Assembly (NCBI RefSeq): GCF_009914755.1
Contig: NC_060936.1
Source: the human T2T-CHM13v2.0 reference genome, Homo sapiens
Direction: 5' to 3' (one strand)
DNA length: 64,000 bases
Under the pieces are notes generated by a model. That model saw only the letters and a list, made by a program, of their open reading frames with translations. It ran no database searches and had not been told where the DNA came from. This document shows, piece after piece, positions 29,521-43,559 of this stretch. The number at the start of each line of letters is the position of its first letter. Position 1 is the first letter of the stretch. The translations under genes were made by a program, and so were the position numbers.

Positions 29521-29534
29521 GAAGTAGATGGGCG

Positions 29535-29844
29535 GGCCAGGCACAGTGACTCACACCTATAATCACAGCACTTTGGGAGGCCGAGATGAGAGAAGCACTT
29601 GAGGCCAGGAGTTCAAGACCAGCCTGAGCAACATAGCGAGATTTCATCTCCACCAAAAAATAATAAAATCAGTGGGGTGTGGTGACACTTGCCTGTACTC
29701 CTAGCTACTTGGGGCGGTGAGGCAGGAGTATCGTCTGTGCCCAGGAGTTCGAGGTTACAGTGTGCTATGACTGAACCACTGCACTCCAGCCTGGACTACA
29801 GGGCAAGACCTTATCTCTAAAAAAGTAAAATGAAATAAAAAATA
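29535..29844 (+). mobile_element. AluJ-like
   Basis: Dimer; TSD aagtag(a/c)tgggc. Confidence 0.92.
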
Positions 29845-29924
29845 AAGTAGCTGGGCAAAAAAGGTAGAGAGGGTCAGTGTTCTGTGGAGAAAGACTAGTA
29901 TATGCAAGAAGATGGCTCCCCTAC

Positions 29925-30125
29925 AAAAGTAAGACTTTGGGTTCCGGAGTCAGGAAGATCCAGGATAGAGTCCCACTCTACCACGTGTTAAGTAACCTTC
30001 ACAAGCTAATTTTTTTCCAGCTCAATGTTCTAATCTGTAAAATGGAGATGGCAATTTTACCTCCTCATTGTGGATTAAATGAAATAAATACATAAGTAGA
30101 GTTCCATACACACAGCAATTATCAT
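29925..30125 (+). mobile_element. MIR
   Basis: ggagtcaggaagatccagg...atctgtaaaatggagat...ggattaaatgaaataa. Confidence 0.65.
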
Positions 30126-30324
30126 GAAGATAATATTTTTTAAAATAGGGGGAGTATAGCAAGAAAATAATTGAGAGAGTTACAAAAAGAATTGCATTTG
30201 ATCCTTGCATTTTCCTTTGACTTTGGTCTCAAGTTTCAGCCTAACCGTGAAATATTCATGTCCAATAAATGATAATGTCTTAACCACTTCAACTGTTGAT
30301 ATAGTCTCTTTTATATGAGCACAT

Positions 30325-30945
30325 GTATATCAGTTAGGATTAGATTCAGTTGAGTAACACAGACTCAAACTAATGATTTAAACAAAATAAAAATGCATTT
30401 TTCTTATATGTGAAAGTCCAGAGGTAGGCAGCACAGTGACAGGTATGCAAGCTCTGGTCCCTGAAATCTTCACAGAACCAAAAGCCTTCCAGCTCACCAT
30501 TCCAACATCTTTAGAGTTTGGCCCTTCTTGTCATGATCCAATATGGTGGCTATAGCTCTAGTCATCACAACCATGTTCCAGGCAGCAGGGTGGAAGAAGG
30601 TATAAATAAGAGAGGGCAAAAGGCACACACCACTTTTTTAAAACAGGATTCCAAAAGCTACCAAACAATTCTTCTACTTGTAATAGTAGAATGTATTCTA
30701 TTGGCCAGAACTAGTCACCTGGCCTCCTCTGGTTGCAAAGGAAGCTGGGAAATATAGTCCTTTTTTTCAAAGTGTATGATTTTCTAAGCACATGTGGAAC
30801 CATCACATAACTAAAATAATGAACATATCCATCACCTCCAAAAGAGGAAATATAATCTTTATTCTGAATGGCCATGTGCCCAACTAAAACTTGTGAGTTC
30901 TAAGAAAAAGAGAATAGATGTTGGGATAAGAGTCACTGTCACAAC
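30325..30945 (-). mobile_element. MLT1J-like LTR containing a small L1 insert
   Basis: tatcagttaggatt...cattccaacatc...ttggccagaactagtcacctggcc...tgcaaaggaagctgggaaat. Confidence 0.7.
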
Positions 30946-30981
30946 AATTGATGTGCTAGAAACTCAAAGTACAGAAAGTAG

Positions 30982-31285
<304 letters not shown>

Positions 31286-33009
31286 CAGAAAGCAGGTATT
31301 TTTAAAGGAAGGCATTACTAAGTGCCCACTATGAGAAATCTGAAGAGCTCTAGATACAAAGATTGACACGAATATCAGGAAACCTGGTACACAGAGGTGA
31401 GCCACAAAGGAGATAAAAAGAGCTGTTGATAAAATGCATGAAGGTAACAAAGAAGGGGCTATAGGAAGAGGATGTGAAAGAAAGTTAATTGCTGCTTTTA
31501 GAAAGTAATACAGTGACCAAGTAGGCACATTCTTTGATTCCACAAACCCAATTCTTGCATTTTCTTCAACAGGAAAACAAACTTATGCACAAATATGTTT
31601 GCTGATGACCATTCAATGAGAAGAGAAAATAAATATTTAACTGGACAACAGGATAGACTTACTATACAAAACACTGTAGTATATTATACAGTCATTAAAA
31701 ATGAAAACCATGTACAAGCAAAAACTTTGCCCTATGGAGTGAACAGAAAGTTTTTACTGATTATTATTAGATATACATTAAATGTATACAAATGAGGACA
31801 TGAAGTTAAGTCATACGCACTCATCAGACCTCAATGCACACATCACTCTCTCAGAGCAACCTTCTAAGGCCTTGGAATAGCTCAGGTGTTGTAAGTGCTG
31901 ATAGCACCGTTACCTTTCTTGGGGCCACGCAAGACCGTGTGTAACTGCAGTTTTTATCTGAACTTCTCCCTTTGGACTTTAAGCTCCTCGAGGGCGGGGA
32001 CCTGCAATGGGCACCTGTGTTTTTTTCCCTGACCAGCATCCTCCTTTTTCAGTAACATAACCTTGATACCTTGGCTCCAATGATGGACCATACCCCAAGC
32101 CTGACCAATCAGCCCATTCCATGCTCTGGTTGCTCCATGCCACAAGCCTCCTGAGTGCTAGGTCCTTGTTCATCTTTGTCTTTCCAGGGCCTAGCACAGA
32201 ACAAGTTTTACATAAATGTCTGATGTCCATGAATAGATGAATCGATGGATGCTCTTCTACCAACCCAGGTACGGAACAGAATTTGACTAAATAGATGTGT
32301 GGGTTGATGCTTTTAAGGAAAAATGTAGTGTTTAATGGAAAAATGTATTCAAAAGCAACAATTTATTTTGCTCAAGGGTCATTTAGACCCGGGCTCCAGA
32401 CCTAGCCCCACTCTTTGCTAGATTGTGCCTCTGCGTAAGTCACACAAGTTCTCTAGGCCTGTTTATTCATTGGCAATGAAAATTACAATATCTACCTTAC
32501 ATGACTGTGTGCAGGTTACCTACACATGGAAACAAATGTGGTATGTACATACAGTGGAAGGGTTTAGCATAGAACCTAATACATGACACCTGCTCAATGT
32601 CAGTGGTGCTGTTATTATTATACCTGGGAATAGCTACAGGCAAATATAGAGAGACAGTGGGTGGGGATCTTCTCTTTGACATTTGTGTGTTTAGTATTCC
32701 CCTTGACCAAATGAAGTTATATTTAACTTCTCCTTTCTCACTTTCCTTGGAAATTTCACTGGGCTGTGGCTCTCTGTGTCTTAGAGGACAATTATTTATC
32801 TTCCAAAGTGATGCCTGGCTTATTTTATTTACCTGTGGTAGATTGGACAATTTAGGATCCATCTAGTGACCACCCCCGGTCCCCGCAACAATCACTACTC
32901 AGGAAGCTTGTCACCGGTAGGGCGGTGACCACACTAGGGCGGCTGACTATGCTAGGACAGTGCAGAGGAGGGATTTATTTTTTCCTTTTGCAGATAGATG
33001 GATAGCAAT

Positions 33010-33196
33010 TCCAAAGCCAGGCTGGTTACCAGAAAAACCAAGGGAGCTTAAAGCCAAAACAACAAATAAAAACCACATCCCTGGGCCTCACCACCTGAGA
33101 ATCTAATCCAGTCAGTGTAGGATGGGGCTTAGTGGTCTGTATTTTTAAAAAGCTCCCTGGGTGATTCTAAAGCTCCCCCAGGCTTGGGTACTAGAG
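33010..33196. mobile_element. MER5A-like hAT-Charlie
   Basis: tctgtatttttaaaaagctccctgggtgattct motif. Confidence 0.6.
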
Positions 33197-33828
33197 AAAT
33201 AAAATCAGTTTTTTCCCAATGTATGGGTTAATATATGGTCACTCCCAGACCAAGCACAGAGCTTTCACTTTTTAACACTGACCTGCTACATAGGGGCTCC
33301 AATCCTCAGCCCAGTGCAAAACTAGATGAGCTTTATATGACGTCACAAGGATTTTTTAAAAATATAAATAATTCTCTCTTCTGTTGTCTTGGAGAATATT
33401 TATTCAATCAATAGATAGCACAACGTTAGTTAAAATGACATATCATGTATGACTTTAACCAGAACTATAATTGGCTACAAAGCTGACTGTTTTGCATTTA
33501 CCTGCTTTCCCTTCTCTGTATCACCTGATGCACCAGTAAGCAGTGCAGAGATGATGAAGCAAAGGAGTAACTTTAACAGGTAAAGAAACAACAAGGGAAA
33601 GAAGTAAGCAAACTGAATGATCAAAATTGAATCACCAGCTCCAGAATAACAAAGACTTAAAACTGCAATCTTTCAGAAAAGCTTTGTCTCTTTTGAGAAA
33701 TTGGCATGCTCTCTCTTTTCCAAAAGTATGAGTTATGTACCTTATCATGTTTTCCTTTTTGCCACAGCTACCAGGAAGTTCCAGGTAAAATCAGTCAAAA
33801 GCTCTAATTTAACACTCTTGGATAGTAG

Positions 33829-34175
<347 letters not shown>

Positions 34176-36534
34176 CTGATTTTCAATTTCTAGGTCCACT
34201 TTATTAATATTATTATTCATTGGTTGAGAAGTCACTCCAAATTTGTTTTAGGAAGGAGCAGGCTAAGTCAAATCAACCAACTCCCTGGAAGCTTTTTTAT
34301 ATTCCATCAACATAGCATACCGCCTAGCTCCTCCCAAGCAAGCTCATCAGAACTATCTACTGCTTAAAGCTCTTAGGACATGTACTTTTTTCCTAGGTTT
34401 AATTTGGTATTCAAAGGCCACAGCAAAAATTATATTCATTACAGAACAGACACTGCTTGGTGGCCATGCCAGCTGACACAACACCACCATCTCCTCTGGC
34501 AGACATTTTACCTTAAAGCACAAACACTGTGTTTCATCCTGATATAGGGCCTGTGGCTAGAAAGTGATTGTTATCATTTTCTATTCATGTGTTCTCAACA
34601 GAAAAAAAAAAGGACATTCCCTTATAATTCTCTATCACAGACAACTTCAAACCATCTTATGTCCCTTTAAATCACTGAACTAGCTGCTTTCATAAAGACT
34701 ATTGATTTTCATCCTGCATAAATTATTTTACAAGATAGATAACAAAGGGAAAAGTACCAGGAGATTCAATAATTCTCTCTGGTTTTATTTAAGGGAAGAT
34801 ATATTCTCTTCCCTCTACAAAAACACATTGCTTTTCCTGTCCTCCCCGTGCCTTTCATGCTGTGAAAATCAGATAAGATACAAACATTCCAAACCCTGCA
34901 AAACACTAGATGGTTCTCATGAAAACCAATTATTATTTTAACGCATAGGGAGGATTTCTGACACATCTTTTGGTGGCACATTCATTTATTAATTTCTTTC
35001 AGTAAATATTTATCAAGCACCTACTATGTGCCAGGAACTATGCAAGGCATAGACCCTGCCCGCCCCTTTCCTATACAATGTCATTTTGGGGAGCACAAAG
35101 GGTTTTGTTCATAGCTGCTTTCCTGCTAGCATGCTGCAGTATGGCTGTGCCAGTTCCTCAATTGTTTAAATATTCTTGTACCTCAAGTCCCCTCAGCATC
35201 CCCTACCGACTGATCTCTTTTCCAGCATGCCAGACCTTCTGCTTGGATTTATGTCTGATCCAGCTGGGACCCCAGGGCATGCTCCAGCACTGTGGCCTTC
35301 AGCCCTTCCACGGGATAGTGCTGCTGGGTACCAGCTGATAGGTATCTTTAACAGATCCTCCTCATTTCAGGACTGGCCTATGGACCTAACACTGCACTCC
35401 CATTCACCTACCTCGCCCATTTCCTCCCATGTTCTCACACCAACTCCTCCCCTGGCCTAGACACAACAAGCTCTGCAGGAGACCAAAGACTTTCTCTCTT
35501 TATGTCTCAAGAGGATCAGGGTCTCCGTTTCTCCATTTTACTATCATTGAACAAGACCAGTTGGAGCTTTTGCCTTCCTCCCACCCAAGGTGATGTTCAC
35601 AGTGTCCACTTTGTCAGCGGTAGCAAGCAAGTGAAGGGTGTCTTTCCTCTTACTATTTTGGCAAATGTAGAATCATCACAGGGACTCTGTTTAAAACGAA
35701 AATGTGCAATGAAGAAAAAGCAACTGTGGGTGACTAGGCAATCCACACCAGGGTTTGAAAATGATTTAAACCAGTAACTAGAACTTTGCATGGGCAGAAT
35801 TCCAAACAGGAGAACTGCAGGGCGAGAGTGACAGGTGCCAAATCTGAGCAATAGTTCCTGCAATGATTATGCAAAGCACTGGCCATTCATGCTTTGATGG
35901 TAATGCACTCATTTCTCCAACTTCCAGCACACTAAATGCAAGTGTGGCTTAATGACGGCAACTGGATTGAAAGGTAATTGGGAGCTGAAAATAGAGACTT
36001 TGCCTCATTATCATAATTCTCTACCAGAAATGTTTGTTATGTCAAAAAGCACTTTTCCCTGGGCACCAGTTTAAAGGAATATCCATTAAAGATTTTAAGG
36101 GTGTAAGCATTAACAGTGTTTTTAAGCCATGAATGCTAAGCTTATACAAAATAGATATGAGGGACCTTGGATAACTGAATGTATTTCAGGCAAATAAGAT
36201 GTGAGAGCAGTAAGTTCAAGCCATGAGTCTATTCTGCTCACCTGACTTCCCTCTAATATTTTTTCCACTCCCCTCATTTCCTTTCCATCTCCAATGCCCC
36301 TTCCCTATCTCAGGTACCCCCACCATACCTTGTATAACCTCTTGTAAGAGGCAAGTTGTGTTGAAGAAGAGAAAGAAACAAAAGCCTTCAACATTTCTTC
36401 TCTTCTGCCACTTCCGCACCTCTGACCAGCCCATGGTGATACCTTGGGGATGACAGTGATGATGGTGGTAATCATGACAGCAACTACTATAACGAATCTA
36501 CTTTGTTCCAGACATGTTAAAAATATACTCCCTT

Positions 36535-36774
36535 GTTGAACAATGAGAACACATGGACACAGGGAGGGAAACATCACACACTGGGGCATGTCAGGGAGTC
36601 AGGGACAAGGGAAGGGAGAGCATTAGGACAAATACCTAATATATGCAAGGCTTAAAACCTAGATGACGGGTTGATAGGTGCAGCAAACCACCATGGCACA
36701 TGTATACCTATGTAACAAACCTGCACATTCTGCACAAGTATTCTGGAACTTAAAGTAAAATTTAAAAAAATAAA
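36535..36774 (+). mobile_element. L1PA (about PA8-like) 3' end, 5'-truncated
   Basis: gaacaatgagaacacatggacacaggg...caaaccaccatggcacatgtatacctatgtaacaaacctgcac. Confidence 0.9.
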
Positions 36775-36777
36775 TGT

Positions 36778-37140
36778 TATATATATGTATATATATACAT
36801 GTGTATATATCTCATTGCATATATATACATGTGTACACACATATACACATGTACACACATATATACATATGTACATGTGTATATATACATACGTACATGT
36901 GTATATACACATATGTACGTGTGTATATGTACATATGTACGCGTGTATATATACATATGTACGCGTGTATATATACATATGTACGCGTGTATATATACAT
37001 ACGTACACATGTATATACACATACGTACACATGTATATACACATATGTACGCGTGTACACACACATATGTACACATGTGTGTGCACGTGTGTACGTAAAC
37101 GTGTGTACGTACACATGTGTGTATATATACACACACACAT
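36778..37140. repeat. alternating purine-pyrimidine tract containing a 22-bp minisatellite (10 copies, 36867-37086)
   Basis: Consensus atatgtacgcgtgtatatatac; GTAC invariant at unit positions 5-8. Confidence 0.93.
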
Positions 37141-37189
37141 TCTCCCTTATTTTCACAAGAAGTCAATAAGGAATAAATACTTTTAAAAC

Positions 37190-37683
37190 CATTTTTGTTG
37201 TTGTTGTAAATAACATAAAATATGGCTAACAGCAGCTTCCATAAATAGGGGTCCATTTCCTTGCATAACAAGAAATCTGAATGTAGACAGTACCAGGGGT
37301 GCTTTGGGGAGACTCAATGATGGTAGGACACAAGGTTGGCACCTCTGTGATTCTCTTAGTCTTCCCCCTCATAGTCATGAAATGGCTGCAGCAGTACCAA
37401 GCATCGCATCTTAGCACGGCTGCGTGCAAAGCAGAGTGCAGGAAGCAGCACAGGCAGAGGTTCTCCTCCTCTACTTCCCTCGGATGTAGGAAACAAATTT
37501 TCTCCCAGAAGCCCCCCACCGCCACCAATTTCCCCTTACATCTCTTGAACCAGAAGACACTCACCTGTCTGCCCCTAGAACCAGGGGCAAGGCCCACCTT
37601 TCCCGAGTTTAGGTGACCTCTGCCTGGTTTTGCTAACAAGGAAAGAAAGAGTCATGGCTTTGTGGCAAATGACAGCTGCCGCA
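37190..37683 (-). mobile_element. MLT1K/J-like LTR
   Basis: cataacaagaaatctgaa...aaatggctgcagcagtaccaagcatc...ttccccttacatctc. Confidence 0.6.
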
Positions 37684-38719
37684 GTAGTATTCTCTGTAAT
37701 CTACAGTGAGGTGACGCAACAAGCCAAAGCTTTATTCCACTGAGGGGCCTCCCTGCCTGCTGCAGCCCTCGGCTGAGATCCAGTTCCCTCCATCTAGAAG
37801 GCTTCCTCCTTTTTTTTTTTTTGTTAGTGCTTATTTTTTCTTAAGCTAACCATACTAAGTCTGTCGCCTGAACTGAAGAAGTATTCAAATTTCACCCAGG
37901 ACCGTTCAGTTCTGCCCCCTCCCACTCATTTATAAGAACTAAGTCCAAATCAGTCAGGTCAAGAGCACCCCGAGGTGCAGACAGAAACATTTTGTGCAGA
38001 AAACAGCCGTTCCCTAACCAACTTGCAACAGGGCTGGAAACTGCTCTCACCAGGGTCACCAGGGGAGCTGCCATCCTGTTAACCGAGCTCCAGGAACTCA
38101 CTGGCAACTGAGACATGGGGCAGGTAGAGCCTGACAAAAATGTCATCCTCAAAAACAGGAAGGGGCGAAACCCTTTTGTAGAACTCTGAAAATGTCAAGC
38201 GCCTGCTTGCACCTCCGTCAGGGTTAGATTGAATTTCACATTTCACTGCGGTGGGCCCCTGGAGGCACTGCGGCAGCGGGAGCAGGCGGTGAAGGTTGGA
38301 ATCCCAAGGCTGACACTGCCGGTGTGGAATTCCTATTCCCTCTGTGCTTCATCATCCTTCACTGTAAAACAGACATAACAATGGAATCTATCTCACCGCA
38401 TATCTTTTGAGAATTAAAAGACATAATATATGTTAAGGGATTAGAAAAATCTTTGCTCAATGAACATCAGTGTGTTAGCAATACTGGTAGCAACAATACC
38501 AGCAATAGAAACAAAACCAAATGGTCTCCCTGTAATGGCCAGGATTTATTTTAATGACTTAAAGGTACTAGCAAATCAGTCTCACTGTCACCTCAGTCCA
38601 GAGCTTGAAAGTCTAGCTACCTTCTCCCTAAACTCACTCAACAATGAGCAATCACCCCAAAACAACAAACAAGCATAAAAAGTAGAACATCTGATACCAT
38701 GCAGTATCTTGTTTTAGTT

Positions 38720-39525
<806 letters not shown>

Positions 39526-39568
39526 TCTAAGACTTCTCACCCGAGGATGGGCTTACACAGATCCTATT

Positions 39569-39685
39569 TAGGGTAACCATATAACTTACTGTCCTAATTG
39601 AGACACTTGTGGGAAGGAAAGAGAATGCTGTTAATAATGACACAAGGACAACAGGCATAAACAACTACACTGTATGGTCACCTTG
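39569..39685. mobile_element. MER94-like hAT-Blackjack MITE
   Basis: TIR-like ends agggtaaccata / tatggtcacctt. Confidence 0.65.
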
Positions 39686-40192
39686 TACACACTGAACATG
39701 TCTCAGGGCTTCTTAATTACTCCCCTAAAGTGCGGACTGAGACATTTAAGCCCAACTCTTCATAACTGATGGTGAATTCACATCTTAAATGCTGCTAGCT
39801 TCTCCATTCAGATGAGAACCCTGAAGGAAAGCCCAAACAATTAATTACTCCTTCTATCCCAGGAAGAAAAAAACAAATTCTTTAAGACATAAGACAGAAA
39901 AAATGCATGACTTCCCTGCCTCAGCCATCTCTGACTTTCACAGTTGATCATCACTGTGTGAAGAAAATTCTAGCTCCAATGATAACTGCAGCAAAGAGAA
40001 AGTGTAAAAGGCCTCAAAATCTGAGTCCTTCTCCTGAGTTAAGACGGGGCTAAAGGCCTCGCACCCACTGCCTCCTTTCATCTTTACCACAACCCTGTGT
40101 GGCAGGTGTGGGAAATGAAGCTCAGAGCTGCAGCAATGTGTTCCAGGTCACAGTGCACATAAGTGACAGAGCCTCAGTCACTTTGTCTAAGT

Positions 40193-40304
40193 AGGGAGCC
40201 GTATACTTTGTGATGCAAAGGAGTAAAAGGGGGTGATTTAACAAGTGCCAGGAAAACAGTTGTAAACTAGTCTTCCCCAGGCACACCCGGACATGGGACA
40301 CCCT
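40193..40304. mobile_element. second MER94-like MITE
   Basis: taggg...ccaggaaaacagttgtaaac...ccaggcacacccggacatgggacacccta. Confidence 0.5.
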
Positions 40305-40817
40305 AGTTCTAACTTTACCATATGCACTTATTTTCCAAGAGCAGATATAAATGATTTGGGGGACTGATGAGATGTGGGACCCAAATCTCTAGTGTTGACA
40401 CTCGTCTTGTGTGGCGATACACTGTCCTCGCAGAGGTCACAGGGTGTGCAAAGTCCCTCCCCTCTTCCTCCTCAGCAGACTTGCAATGCCTGGTGACTTC
40501 CCAGTGGCATCCTTCCATCCACCACAGCAGGCTGGAGAGGATCATGACTCGCTTCCCTGAAATTCACAATTAAACTGGAGAGGCACTCTTCCTCCCAAAG
40601 CAGCTCCTGCTGGTGGCTGCCAGCAGCAGTGTTATGTCGCTCTCACTGGAGCAATCTTCTTTCACGAGGCTGCGCGCACATTCTCCAACGTGGGGGATTT
40701 GTAACCCTGTCCTTCAGCAGGGCCCCTGAAATCCCCAGCCTCGCACCTTTCTGCATGTGTGTGTGGCCTCTCACACACACACAAACACACACAATAGTTT
40801 TTTAAAAGAAATATTTC

Positions 40818-41024
40818 AGCCAGCCACAGTGGCTCATGTTTGTAATTCCAGCACTTTAGGAGGCCAAAGGAGAAGGACTGCTTGAGCCCAGGAATTTGAG
40901 ACCAGCCTGGGCAACATAGTGAGACCCTGCCTTTACAAAAAAAAATGTTTGTTTTTTTTTTAATTAGCCAGGCATGATGGCATGCGCCTGTAATCCCAGC
41001 TACTTGGGGGCCTGAGGTGGGAGG
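40818..41024 (+). mobile_element. AluJ, 3'-truncated, no poly(A) tail
   Basis: Left arm, linker and start of right arm; 16-bp direct repeat aaaagaaatatttcag at 40804-40819 and 41025-41040. Confidence 0.9.
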
Positions 41025-41120
41025 AAAAGAAATATTTCAGATATGGAAAAATAGAGAATTATATAACAGCATCCCCTGGGCCTGAGCACATACATATCTT
41101 TTGCTATACAAAAATGTTCT

Positions 41121-41296
41121 GGCCAGGTGCGGTAGCTCACACCTATAATCCCAGCACTTTGGGAGACTGAGGTGGGAGGATCACTTCAACCCAGGAGGTT
41201 GAGACTGCAGTGAGCTGTGATTGTGCCACTACGCTCCAACCTGGGTGACAGAGTAAGACCTAGTCTCAAAAAAAAAGAAAGAAAGAAAGAAAAAAA
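41121..41296 (+). mobile_element. Alu monomer (FRAM-like or recombined single arm)
   Basis: One arm of about 150 bp plus A-rich tail; aaaaa(t/a)gttctg flanks. Confidence 0.85.
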
Positions 41297-41299
41297 GTT

Positions 41300-41800
41300 C
41301 TGTTCCCAACCACAACATTCACAGTGGCCCCAAAGGAGAAACAACACAAATGTCCATCAACAAACAGCAAAATGGTACATTGTGGTACAATCACACACAT
41401 AAAGTATCATACAATAGGAATGCTGTCCAGTAAGAAAAATCCACAAATTGCTGCTACACACAATAAGGTAATCTCACAGTCAATATATTAAGGGCAAGAA
41501 GCAAAAACAACAAAGAATATGTGCGCTATAATTTCATATATATAAGTTTCAAAAACAGGCAAAAATGACCTATAATGCTAGAAATGAAGACTATTACTTT
41601 TGTGATTGAGGTAAAGGATATTGATTAGGAGAAGCCTAGAGAGTTTGCTTCTAGGATGTTGATAATATTCCAATTTTTAATCTGGATGTTAGGTACAGAG
41701 GTGGCAGCTGTGGTAATTCCTCAAGTAATATGCTTAAAGATGTGGACACCTTTCTGTATGTATGTTACACTTAAAGAAAAAAGGTTTAATTTAAAATAAA
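41300..41800 (+). mobile_element. L1ME-like 3' fragment
   Basis: aaacaacacaaatgtccatcaaca...ttcaaaaacaggcaaaa...gtatgttacacttaa. Confidence 0.65.
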
Positions 41801-41882
41801 TCCAGAATGAAAGCCTCTTTTAGTCAACTATTATGTTATTTATACCCAAATAATTATCTTCACTATCAAGCCATCTGTGTGA

Positions 41883-42213
<331 letters not shown>

Positions 42214-42459
42214 TTTTCTTTATCTGTAATGGCGTATGATGTATAGTGGTGATGTGAGAAGTACTTGATATAAATATGAAACATGCTTAGCAAGCACTTG
42301 GCACACAATTAAGCACCCAAAAATGTTAGCCATTTGAATTAGTGGTATTCTATCCACACCTCCCCTCCTTGTATTTGGGACTTATCTCCACTTATATCCT
42401 TCTGGACTGGGCAAAGGCATATTGAAATGAACAGGTTTGCCTATGTGTGTTTTGGGGTA

Positions 42460-42915
42460 GGAAGTGGAATGGGTAAATCCCTTCTGGAAGACAATCTGGC
42501 CATATATACCAAGAGCCCAGAAAATGTTTGTACCCAGTAATTCCATTTAGGAATCTACCCTAAGGAGATAAGACAAGTAAAAGAGATTTATGTGCTGCAA
42601 TGCTGTTACTTATGTTATTTATGTACCATTGCATGTTATTTATAAAAGTGAAAAACTAGAAACATTTATTATATCAGGAAATAGTCAATAAAATAATGGT
42701 GATGAGCACTTTTAATGACATGAAAAGTTGAATATGAAAGAGATCTAACTATACCAATTTTTAAAATAATAAATACATATAAAGAAGATTAGAGGAAACT
42801 AAACCAAAATTTCAGCTAATTATCTCTGGGTGGTAGGATTATAGGAATTGAAGTTTTCTTCCTTATACTCTTCTGTATTTTTCAATATTCTTCTCTGAGT
42901 ATATATTACCCTTAA
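42460..42915 (+). mobile_element. L1ME-like fragment
   Basis: acccagtaattccatttaggaatctaccctaaggagataa; tatctctgggtggtaggattatagg. Confidence 0.6.
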
Positions 42916-43059
42916 TAATGACAGATATAAATGTTAAAGAATTTCTATCCTCTTCCCCTAAGGCCTTTGTCTCTGTGGTCAAGGTGACAGCTGGCTGCAA
43001 TCCATCACATTTAGGAAGGATGCTATACAATGAAATGTGTCTGAAGGAAAGTGACTGAC

Positions 43060-43370
43060 AGGTTGGCAAAGTGCTTCAAAGATAAACCCCATGAGGAATG
43101 GCTGAAGGAACAGGGATGTGTACTTTGAGGAAGACTTGTTAACAGGACAGCTGTCTTGGAACACCTGTCATGTGGAAGAGGGATTACACTTGCTCTACCA
43201 GCCTCCAGATGTCGGAACCCTGACAATAAATCAAAGTTACAAGGAGAAAACAAGGGGAGGGTGAAGAGTATAGCTCAAGAAGCATCCAAGCTGCATGATC
43301 ACAATATAAACTCCAGGTTTCCTTCCTGTCCAATAGTAAGCAGCTCCCCTGGAGGTGTCCAGTGAATTTT
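43060..43370 (+). mobile_element. L3/CR1 LINE relic
   Basis: gaggaatggctgaaggaacagggatgt...ctgtcatgtggaagagggattacacttg...ctggaggtgtccag match the recalled L3 consensus. Confidence 0.7.
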
Positions 43371-43559
43371 CTCGTTAGCATTTGGGCAACCACATGGCTC
43401 CATCCTGAGGCTGTGCTCTACCAGCCTCCCAGATCACAGCCTTCTCTGTGGACAAACCCATGAGTTAGGATCTCTGTATTCATAAGCAAACACCAGCCTG
43501 GGGATATGCAGGTTAATCCCTAACCCTTGTCCTTCAGCAAGCTCTTCAAAATTTACATA

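Noticed and set aside
36867-37086. Regular 22-bp units resembling a CRISPR array
   Set aside because: Contiguous tandem units with no unique spacers, no cas genes, and a primate context
36652-37271. Six overlapping ORFs of 99-164 aa rich in Y/I/H/T/C/V/M
   Set aside because: Every stop codon contains two adjacent purines, so a strict purine/pyrimidine alternation is open in all six frames. This is an artefact of the repeat.
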